NCBI GenBank assembly: GCA_043228905.1
Contig: JBHGNT010000022.1
Coordinates: 6,634,001 to 6,698,000 of the forward strand
DNA length: 64,000 nt
Reading direction: 5' to 3'
Source of the DNA: Azolla caroliniana
Taxonomy: Eukaryota > Plantae > Polypodiophyta
Position 1 is the stretch's first letter. Each line of letters starts with the position of its first letter. The position numbers and the translations under genes were made by a program. The notes beneath the pieces were generated by a model, which ran no database searches, was not told where the DNA came from, and saw only the letters and a program-made list of their open reading frames with translations. Shown here one piece after another: positions 10,594 through 21,827 of this stretch.

Positions 10594-13500
10594 TGTTCGG
10601 GTGCAAAAAATCGAGTATGATAGGTACTCAAACATGAAAACTAAGAACACAAGACTGAAGACGAGAAGATACAAAGACACAGGTGTTGTCCTCCCTAATG
10701 AGAAACAAGGCGAAGATTAAAGGCGAACTAGTTGATAAGCGTATTTAGTAATGATGGAAGTGTTAGAAAGCATAAACGCATGTAATGGTTCACGCACTAG
10801 GCGTAACCGTCGATGCCCTGCATATATAAAGGGCATAGGAACATTGTAAAGAGTTAGCGTAGTTTTGGGAGTATAATCCGTCTAATATAATCGTGATGTC
10901 TTTTCTGAACTCTGTCTCGAGTATTATCTGAACTTTGTGTCAATTCAGAAGCATATCTGTTTCTTAGGGTAAGTGGTGTATTTGTGTAAACAACGACATA
11001 CGGTAAGAAGATGTTTGGTTGTAGTCGTCTCCTGTTAATGCCTCACCCTTGTTGTCACTAAGAGACGCAATAACCATTACCGTGGGTTAAGGTTGGGCGT
11101 AATACGCTATCCATTCTCTGTACCACAATCTTCTTGAGTTGTACCCCAAAGGACTGAGGGCAGGCCGTGTTCCTAGTCGGTAACACTTTTGGCACGCCTG
11201 GTGATCTGTGATTCTCATAGGCGAGAATTTGGGAATGGATGTCTAGCTGCTGACGCAACCGAGAACCTACTCGTCAAGATCAACCGCAGACTCAGTCCTT
11301 CACCCGAAAAGCGGAAGAACACACTACGCGAAAACCACGCCTCAACAACTGCGTTCTCTCTCTCAAAGTATTTGCTAGAATAGACGCTCACTGAATAGAG
11401 CGGCACTGGGCAAGAGGTCCTATCTCCATTGGATCAGTATAGTGGAACTACCACTTCTCTGAAAACCCCACATCGCATCAATATTACTCTCCCAAGCCCT
11501 AGCCTATTGACCGGAATGGCTTTCTCATACCCTCGCTTCAGCAGAGGTACTAACGTCGAGAGCCACGCTTGGTCGTTCCTCAATGTTTGGAACGTGAACC
11601 ATATGTTGCAGCGACTTTTGGAAATGGAAGCCCACGCATCAAAAATCACAGAGTTTGGGTTAACCCTGGATGGGTGAGCTGCTAGCTGGCATTCCCAGCT
11701 CGACATCATGTTGTTCGTCTCTTTCGACTAGCTCCAATCGCCGTTTTTACAATTCTTTCATCGAAGCTATCCCCAACGCGAGATCATCAGCTAGTTTTAT
11801 ACGATCAAACAACTACCACAAGAGTCCGCGACTGACTTCAATTTGCATTTCCAGAGTTTATGACGACAGCTAGCACGCGCTCCAACGGAGGACGAGGCAA
11901 CATAGACATTTTTGGCAGCATTACTTTGAACCCTCCAAACAACGTTAAATATGCAAAATCTCATGGGCCAAACGGCGGATGCAACCATAGAACGGGCATT
12001 GCAACTTGAGTTAGAAGAGGAGGACCATGAGATGTCTATGGCATCGCTCCGTCAAGCACTACCCAGGGACGAGGATATACCGTTTCCGCCAAGCCATTCA
12101 ATGCACGATCTTCTTGAACTAAGGGCACTGCGCGGTGGATTGTAATATGCGGATCCATTGCCCCCTTTTTCATTCACGGGCGCACACGGTGGATCAATGT
12201 GAATATAACATGCTGAATAGGCCCACACTGTCAGTCCGCCATATGGAGCCTCAACAGCCTTACCGCCACAACGACCAAGGCCGACACGAGGAGCACTACC
12301 GTAACACATAGTGGAATCAGTGTGCAGGAAGGCCGAACCGCCTTCATTGCAACAATGATCCTTATTCGGAAGAAGAGGAGTATCCGAGCAATGACCACCA
12401 CAATCCTCAAGGAGGACACCGCTATGATAACCAGCGTACCACCAACAATCACGGCGAACAGGCGGAACCCCGTTCGTACGGGAGTAATCGCCAATCACGG
12501 AACCAACGTAACCATGATGAAAGCTCGGAGGAAGAATGGCGCCAGGATAATCGTCGTGAGTATCGCTAGAAGCCCCGGAACAACAAGTAGTTCTAGCAAC
12601 CCCGAGAAGAATAGACGGCACCTATGGAAACCACCGCAGTCTCGGTCGTTGAAAAATGTGAATCGAGTGCGCACTATTTTATTTGTCAACAGCCAGGTCC
12701 TTACGCAACACAATGCCCACGCCATGATAAAGGGAAAGGGTTAGCGGTGAATATGATCACGGCAAATGTCCAACAGGTCACAACCTGCAGTAAGGCGAAA
12801 AACACGGGTTGGGCGGAGCAAGACAAGATCCACAAAGTTGCACAAGCCTGGGTAAGAGTCCGGTCACACTACCACACATACGAAAGTCACGGTATTGACG
12901 CCAGATCCGATATGGCAAGCATTGGACAATTGCGAAATTATGCTAACCATGGAAAAATTATTACGACTTGTCCCTCGATTCCGACAGACCGTAGAAAATT
13001 AGATGCGGGGCACAGACAACCTAGAGATTCCAGTCAATTATATTGAGTCTAGCACAGGCCCAACTGTGGTTGATCACCACAATCCAGCCGTCAAGGTGTT
13101 GCTACAAGGGAAGGAAATCTCAAGATGGATAGTCAATGGCAGTTCCGAGGTGAAAGTGATCAGTAAAACCACATGTAACCGACTCGGTATTACAAAATGG
13201 GAAGCGTGCCCATTTTGGCTCTGAATGGCAGACACCCGTTCCGTGAGACCATTGGGGCTGGTCCGGAAGCTAAGGATCCTAATTGGCGGTCATACCTTTG
13301 AAATTTCCACCATTGTGTTGGCTTTGGACGTGCCAGGGGCGTATCCTATCTTGTTAGGAAGACCATGGTTGTGTTCCGCTAAGATCAAGCAGAACTGGCA
13401 ACACAACTGAGTTAGCTTTCGATGAGGGCGAAGCAAGGTCCAGATATCAACACAGGAAACCTTCGTCCCCACGAAAGCAATAATGCCACTCTTTGTGGAA

Positions 13501-14559
13501 GAAATTAAAATGCTGGAAGGGTTGGAGGATATGAAACTTGAGGCATACTTGGACGAAAATCCACGGATAGTACCGTTGTTATTTTGCCGGGATCCACTGC
13601 AATACCGTCCTTGCTCACTATGTGCCTGAGAAGGGCTCCACTTGTAATCGCGAACGTGCACTTGGCTGAATTGAGACTGAACTGCGAAGTACGGCATCGT
13701 TCTAAACATAGCCTTAGATGGCTCAAGTGATCCACTTGCGTCCCATAGATTGCAAAGTCGTCAAGGAAGACTTGCATGAATGCAAGGATGAAGTCGTCGA
13801 AAATCTCTACAATGGTGCGTTGGAACGTGGCCGGAGCGATCTTTAATCTGAAAATCATTACCATTGCCACAAAGACGCCCCATTCGGTTACGAAAGTTGT
13901 TTTCTCCTGATCCTCCAGGTGCATGTGTATTTGGTTATACCTGCTAAACCCATCCAGATAACTGTACATGTCGTGACCTGCGACCGCGTCTAGTACACTA
14001 TCCGTAAATGGCAAGGGGAATGCGTCAATGATTGTGACAGCGTTTAACTTGCAGTAGTCGACACACACTTGAATATTGCCATTTTTCTTTGGTACGACCA
14101 CTATTGGGCTAAGCCATGTGGCTTGTTTTACTAGCCGAATAAACCCAACTTTCAAGAGTTTGTCGATTTCCTCCTTTACGAGTACTGCGTAATTCGGGTT
14201 CATGCAATAACATCTCTACTGAACTGGTTTCGCATCCATGGCCAAGTTAATTTTGTGCTAGTAGAATTTTGGGTCTAGCCCCTTCATGTCATCATGTGAC
14301 CATGCGAAGACATCTTTAAACTCTCGTAATAAATCAGTCATGGCAATTTTTTCCCTTGGCGTCAGGTACTTAGCAGCCTACATTGATTTCCTCCAAGGTC
14401 GACGTTGTGACTCTTCGTGAGATTTCCATTTACCTCTCGAATGCCTCCCATGCTTTGCTCAATTCCAACACCGATTTGGGATCTGGTTCGTAGTCGTCTT
14501 CGTTCGGAGCACTCATAGGGATGTACTCGCTAGCTGTCTCGAGTACGTCTATCTCAAAC
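10594..14559 (+). mobile_element. 5' half of a non-chromovirus Gypsy element: 5' LTR, tRNA-Arg-type PBS, gag, protease, RT (RT segment inverted)
   Basis: LTR ~10594-11185 (TGTT..TAACA; TATATAAAG ~10823) and PBS TGGCACGCCTGGTG at 11190-11203. Decayed gag with zinc knuckle ~12675 and protease end YPILLGRPWL. RT MNPNYAVLVKEEIDKLLKVGF..QVFLDDF lies on the minus strand at 13581-14556. LTR start less certain. Confidence 0.85.
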
Positions 14560-16266
14560 CGGCAACACTTCGTTTCTTCCAAAATGGTTCCCTTCCCTCA
14601 ATCTTTTCTCCCTCCTTTTATAGCTCAAGGAGGCAGAGACTGTTACAACAGGTTGTTAAGACAACCGCTTTCAATACCTGATTTTTCTCCTCGATTCTCT
14701 CACATCATATCTCTAATTCCTCTCTGTACGTGTGGGGTGAAAAGTACTTTATTAAATCACACTACCTAGCATTCAACACACATAAGTATTTACATATGTT
14801 TGTCCATAAAGATGAGTTCATGTGCATCCGTGCACACCCGCATTCACATGCATCTTGACCCTCTTTCACATAGTAGACGGAATCCTTCACGACATCCACC
14901 CCCACCAAACCGCACATCCTCTGGCATGTGCCAAGTAGTGAAGCGGTGGGGAGCCGGTCCGTTCTTCATCCGACTCATTGCCCTCGTCGACACTTTCGTC
15001 TTCCATCTCTGGGTTCGTAACCACTTCGTACCGTTTCTTGAAGGCCTTCATCCGTTTACCTGCAATTGGTATTGCAATCCTCGTTCCGTCGAGCTCTACA
15101 ATGTGGTATGTCGAATTTTCGTTCGCGCTCGTAACCTCCTAAGGTCCAAACCACCGCCTCACAAATTTTCAGTCCGATCGGTGTTGGTAGTCGAGGCTAC
15201 TATCGTAGACCAACACCCAATCTCCTTCCTAGATCTTCCTCGGCCGAAGTCAGTGTGTCCGGTTGAACCGACTGTTATTCTTCTTCTACGCCTCAGCTAA
15301 CTTTTCCATCGCATTGTCGACGTCTTTCGGCCTTCACTCGAGTTGCCCAATCCTCGCCGCCAGTAGTTCCTCTCGACTCATTTCCTCCATCTAGTTGACC
15401 GCAAACCACGAGGAAATTGTCCTCTCCACCAGAATGACCAACTTCTGCTCGAACATGCGTTCAACTGGCATTTATCCGGTTACCGAACTGTGCGTATGTC
15501 AGTCGGCCCACGAGTTATGAGGTAAGAGTCTAGGCCAATTCTTGACTCTTCCGTCACATTCTCATACTAGCGCTTTCACGATCGACCCATGCCCTCTCTC
15601 GACCTTTCCATTCACTTCCAGGTTGTACGCAGTCATGAGTGAGAGCTTGACCCCTAGCTAGTTGAATAGCTCCTCAGCTTCCTACGTGTCCAACTCCCCT
15701 TGATCGGCTATTATCTTTCCGACACACTCGTACCGAAAAATCACATCCTCGATCAGGAACCGGCATACCGCCGTGACCGTTTTGTTCGTCAAGGCTCGGC
15801 CCTCCACCTGATTTGTCAAGTACTCCTATACAACCACCAGATACCACATCCATCCTACCCCCATTGGCATCGTCACTAAATCGACCATCCACTTAAAGTG
15901 AACGGTTGACGGGTAGGTTAGGTGCAGATCGTCGCGGTGCCGGATTACGGAATGCATCTGACAGCTCTTGCATGTGACAGTCACAAAGTGGTACGCATCA
16001 CTATACATTTCCAACAACCAGTACTTCTCCTTACGCTTTTTGAACATGGCCCATGTCCCCATATGTCTGGACCTAGGTCTCTCATGGAACTCCAACATGA
16101 ACACTCACCATTGCTCCTCCTTTGTCACCACCTAGAGCGGAGTGCCATTCCGCCTCTTCGAGTGACACCATATCATTCCGCCTTTCATGAAGAACTTGTA
16201 GGCCTTCTTCTAGATTCGGCTCGCCTCTTCCTTCGTCCATGTTGCGTCCGGTGACAATGTACTTAG
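14560..16266 (-). mobile_element. 3' fragment of a different Gypsy element: integrase, PPT and partial 3' LTR
   Basis: HHCC (FHE..HMG..CKSCQ), KWMVDLV, IIADQGELD, AYNLEVNGKVERGH, RRWFGP. G-rich tract GGTGGGGGTGGA (14895-14906) abuts TGTCGTG at 14894. Confidence 0.8.
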
Positions 16267-19012
16267 TGTTGGGAAACATGTCCCTCCGGATGGGAGGAGA
16301 AGTATCGTGCTAGTGAGTATCTCGACCGAGGCCGATAGGTAGAGGCCGAAACCGAAATCATTTCGGAAGACTATAATTGGAAATAGTCTAAAATGCCTCC
16401 TTGGGGCTATACTTGTAAATAGCCAGAAAGTTTCTTTGGTTTATAAGCAACGAGGGAAAACTTTATAGCTAGAGTTAGTGATCATTATTAAAAAGTTAGA
16501 ATGAGGTAGTTGCCTCTTTAACCGTGAGCGAGAGAGTGAGTGTGTAACATTGTCGTCGTCTGTCAAACGAAGGAGAACTCGAGGTAGCTGCCTCCAAGTT
16601 CCGTATTTGTACTTCCTCTCTACTATAGTGATCTTTTTCTCGAGTTTGTGGACGCCTGTGATTTTTCCCATTTCGGTTTTCCACGGAAAATATCGGTGTC
16701 TCTGTGTCTTCACGTTTTTCTTGTCTATGTACTAGTTCTTGGTTTCTGTACACAAATATGACCATGAACCGGTTGTGGCCAGTCGATTCCTAACAATGTG
16801 GTATTAGAGCTATGGAAGACTCGTTCGGCGGCATGTTTAAGCTAACCGGCTCCAACTACTCAGTGTCTAAGTCGAAGATGAGAAACATGCTCATGTGCAA
16901 AGACCTCTGGTTGCCGGTGCAATTTGGAGATAAAAGACTAGACAATATCAATGTAGCGACGTGGGAAGTGTTGCATCTGAAGGAGGCCGCATACATAAGG
17001 TGTTTTTATAGAAATGATTCTATACAAGAACTTTGGCGAAGAAACAGAAGTAAATGTCCTATGAAAGAAGATCGGCGTCATGTTCGAAAACAAGAACGCC
17101 GAGAACCGAGTCTCAGTATTTTGAAAAAATTTGAAAAATCGTGAGGGTGCAGTATGGCGGATAACATCAATGCCTTCCATGGATTGATGAACCAAACCAC
17201 TTCTCTAGAAGTACCTCTGGTTAACGAGGTATTAACATTACTGTTGTTGGGATCCCTTCCGGACAGTTGGGTGACGCTCGTCACTTTGGGCAATGTCATG
17301 ATATGGCAAGACTCGAATCCATGACCTTATGCTACATGGGTCGAGCTCTTGACCATTAGACCATACATTGTAATACGTAAAATATTATTTTCATTTATGT
17401 TTTATTATTATTTTCATTTATGTTTCATTTATGTATATTCCAGATTTCTCTGGAACATTCTAGAAACTTCAGGAGTATTCCTGAGAATACTATAAAAGGA
17501 GGCACAAGACATTATTTTGAACGAAATCGGTTCAACGCCAGTCTTAAGCCTCCTATCTACTATTGTATACTCTCTTCACATAATATATATCTTTTATCAT
17601 CATTCTCTCACCCTTTCTCTCTCTCGCTCACTCTTTCCTTCTCTTGAGAGTTCTACACCTCTCTTAGTACTAATCCTCATCTTTTAGTACTAATTCCTTC
17701 TCTGTCTTAGTACTGATCCTGACAGTTTGAACTTATTTTCCGTCCTCCTTCCGTCTCCTCCTTTCCTCCTCTTCCTTTTATCTTCTTACATATCCCCTTT
17801 TTCCGGTCTTCTTTTTGGTTTCCCTCATCTTCTTACCCCTTTCTTCCTTTCATACTAATCCTCTTATCCTCCCTAATAAAATGGAAACTATTAGCGCTCA
17901 GGAATACCAATCTGTTTTCTCGAAGCTCCAGTGCTTGAAGGAGAAATTTGTAGCACTAGAACAAGAAAATCACTGTTTGTTGGGGGATCTTCAACAAATA
18001 GCAATGGAAAAACAACAACAATACGGGGAGCTGACGTTACGTGTGCAACAACTCGAAGCAACCATCGTAGTGATGCAACAACAAGGACCCGGAACACAAG
18101 GGATTCATAAAGAACCCAAGATCGCCCTTCCCATGAAATTCAATGGAACGCGATCGCAGTTTAGAGGGTTCCTTAATCAGGTACGACTAGTTATTCAAAT
18201 GCATCCTTCCCGATATCCCACCGATGCATGACCAGGGGGTTTGGTAGGCACGTTGTTAAGTGGCTCAGCGTTGGCATGGTTTGCTCCGCTGTTAGAAAAA
18301 GAATCTCCATTACTAAACAATTTTGAAGAATTTATAAGTGAGTTTAAAGCTTGTTTTGGAGATACAGACAGCATAAGGACAATAATCAACAAAATCCAAC
18401 GACTACATCAAGGCGATCGTCCAGCCTCCGTATACGTTGTAGATTTTCGCCTACTCACCTCCGATATCCCTTGGGATGATCAAGCGTTAATGGAGAAATT
18501 TCGTTATGGTCTACATAACGATGTCAAAGATTTACTCTTGACCTTTCCCGAAGAACCAAAGTCATTAACAGAAGCAATCAGTCGCGCAGTGAGATGCGAC
18601 AATCGCCTCTTCGAACGGCGTTCAAAACGTCAGTTCCAGATGCCAAGGGCAAGATCTGAGCCTACCTACGCCTCAGTGGTAGCGAAACCTTTTCCGAGGG
18701 AGTCATATAATGCGCCTCCAGTAAGTACTCCAACTCTGATGGAAATTGACACCACACGTTGTCGTGGACCGCTATTGGAAGAAGAAAAGCAACGACGCCG
18801 AGCAAACTGACTATGTCTTTATTGCGGTGGACTAGGGAAAATCGCGGTAAACTGCCCCCATAGGCCAAGAAGGCAGGTAAACCAAATAGTTGCTAGTTCT
18901 GATTGTACTAAACCCGAGTCTATTTCAGTAGGGATATCTGGTAGTCTTAATAGTACTAATAACCCAAATCTATAGCGAACAAATTTGATGTCCTTAGTAA
19001 GTTAGAAGAAGA

Positions 19013-19058
19013 GTTAAACGACTATGTCCAGCCAAAATAGGAGTCGTTTGGTTGGACA
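19013..19058 (+). promoter_or_regulatory. Probable -1 ribosomal frameshift signal at the gag/pol junction of chromovirus A
   Basis: G TTA AAC, a 5-nt spacer, then a 12-bp hairpin TGTCCAGCCAAA/TTTGGTTGGACA just upstream of the protease. Confidence 0.6.
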
Positions 19059-21505
19059 ACCCTAGATCTGTGCAGCCCATTAGTGGTTCCATTCCCTCTA
19101 AGCAAGTTAGCAATGTGTTCGTAGCCCAAGTAACAGTTAGTACTAAAAGTACCCCTCTAGTACATGTCTTAGCACTTCTAGATTCCGGAGCTAATTCTTG
19201 CTTCATGGATAGGAACTTTTCCCAAGCTCATCAGATCTCACTCAAAAAACTCCCATGTCCAGCCTCTGTAGTAGTCATTGACGGTCATCCCATTGCTTCC
19301 GGAAATATCATAGAAGAGTCAGAGCCCGTTAATATTGTCCTAGATAATCTAGCATGTGTACTATCATTTAATATAATTAGCATCCCAAAACACCCCATTG
19401 TTTTAGGATTACCATGATTCGAATTACATAACCCAGACATAGATTGGAGAACAGGAGAAATCCAGTATCGAGGAGCCCGAGGGTCTACTCATGAGATTGC
19501 AACCATTTCGCTACATCAGTTGCGGGAAGGACACAAGGAAGAAATGTTTCTCTTCGCAATATCAGTAAAGCCCTCAGACACCATTAAAGAGGAGTCCATT
19601 GTTCAACTTCCAAAGAAATATCATCAGTTTGCCGATGTGTTCGATAAAGCACAAGCCAATACGCATCCTCACCATCGACCGTATGATTGCCCCATCGATT
19701 TACAACCGCGGAAAGAGCCACCATGGGGACCGATCTACAATTTGTCACCAACCGAGCTAGAAGTCCTGAGAGCCTATATAGAGGAGAATTTGGAAAATGG
19801 TTTCATTCGGCATTCCAAATCTCCAGCCGGCGCACCCATTTTCTTCGTCAAGAAAAAGGATGGATCACTTCGTCTCGTTGTAGATTACCATGGCTTGAAT
19901 AAGGTTACAATCAGAAATAGGTATGCACTTCCCCTTATCTCAAGTCTTTTAGAACAGATCAATGGTGCCAGGTTCTTCAAAAAGATCGACTTACGGGGAG
20001 CCTATAACCTCGTATTGATCCGACCAGGAGATGAATGGAAGACCGCGTTTCGCACTAGATATGGGCACTTCGAGTATATGGTCATGCCGTTCGGCCTCAC
20101 TAATGCGCTAGCAGTCTTCTAGCACATGGCAAATGACATATTCTGAGATCTCTTGGATGTTTGTTTGATCATCTATTTGGATGATCTACTAGTTTATTCG
20201 AAGACCTAGGAAGAGCATGATTCTCATGTATTGTTAGTACTAAAACGACTTCGAGAACATGGTCTTTATGCAAAGCTGGATAAATGTAGTTTTGGGTGCA
20301 ACCAAGTGGAATTTCTGGGCTATGTCATTTCCTCGGAAGGCATCTCCATGGATCCAGCTAAGGTCAAAATTGTGGTAGAGTGGCAGACTCCGCGTTCGGT
20401 GCAAAGATGTGCAATGCTTTTTAGGCTTTGCCAATTTTTACCGGAAGTTCATACAAGATTACTCAAAGCTCGTTCTGCCTCTCACACAACTTACTAGGAA
20501 GGGACAATCGTTCGTTTGGTCTAAAGAAGCGGACATGGCTTTCGAAAGTCTTAAAAAGGCATTTACATCGGCTCCAATTCTAGCTCATGTCAATCCGGAA
20601 AAACCATTCATTATCAAAGAAGACGCATCGGATTTCGCATTGGGGAGCATTCTGCCACAACGGGGTAATGATGAGAAGCTACATCCTGTGGCTTTTCACT
20701 CACGCAAGTTTGACGCTGTCGAAATCAACTACGAAATTCATGATAAGGAGCTATTGGCAATAGTGGACTGTTTTACGCAATGGAGGCATTTTCTAGAGGG
20801 ATCCTCTCATCAAGCTACCGTATTCAATGACCACAAAAACCTTGCCTACTTTCAGGACGCTCGTGTGTTAAATCAACGTCAAGCTTGGTGGGCCCACTTC
20901 CTCACGCGTTTCGACTTCAAAATTACATATCGTCTAGGGAAGGACCAAGGGAAGGCAAATGCATTATCACGGCGTTCATACCTAGCACAACGTACCAACG
21001 AGCCAACTTTTGATAACCAAAAGCAAGTCATCTTGGGACCGACACGACTGCAAGCAACACAGGTCTTTGGCAGGCCCATGGATTCCCACATTATCAATAC
21101 TATACGTGAGGACTTGAAGATCGATGCTTTTGCCCAAGCTATCCTAGCACAAATTGATCCCTCTCGAGCATCTTGCTCACAGTCGCAACCACCAGGTACG
21201 GACTATCAACAATTCAAATACCATGATGGATTACTATTCTTTAATGAACTCTTGTATGTTGCTAATGGTTCTTGCCGTCTTCGAGTAGTCCAAAACTGTC
21301 ATGACACATATACAGCTAGGCATTTTGGTAGTACTAAAACATTAGATTTAGTACAACAATCATTTTGGTGGCCCCGTATGCAACAATTTGTCAAAGATTT
21401 TGTTCAGACTTGTGATACATGTTGCAGAGCGAAAATGCCAAGACATCATCCATATGGTTTATTAGAACCATTACCAATTCCAAGCAAGCCATGGCAATCC
21501 ATTGC

Positions 21506-21827
21506 TCTAGACTTCATCACAGATCTTCCAATCTCTAAGGGGTTCAATGCGATTCTAACAGTCGTAGATTGATATACGAAGATGGCTCATTTCTTGCCAT
21601 GTACTAAGGAAATATCCAGTGAAGAAACCGCTGAAATTGTCATGCGTGAAGTATGTCGGCATCACAGATCTAGACTTCATCACAAATCTTCCAATCTCTA
21701 AGGGGTTCAATGCGATTCTAACAATCGTAGATCGATATAAGAAGATGGCTCATTTCTTGCCATGTACTAAGGAAATATCCAATGAAGAAACCGCTGAAAT
21801 TGTCATGTGTGAAGTATGTCGGCATCA
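21506..21827 (+). repeat. ~163-bp tandem duplication within the integrase of chromovirus A
   Basis: CTAGACTTCATCAC...GTATGTCGGCATCA occurs at ~21506 and again at ~21669. Confidence 0.9.

Noticed and set aside
17294-17366. Functional tRNA genes in the chromovirus LTRs
   Set aside because: No proper 7-bp acceptor stem or 7-nt anticodon loop; kept only as tRNA-like A/B-box modules.
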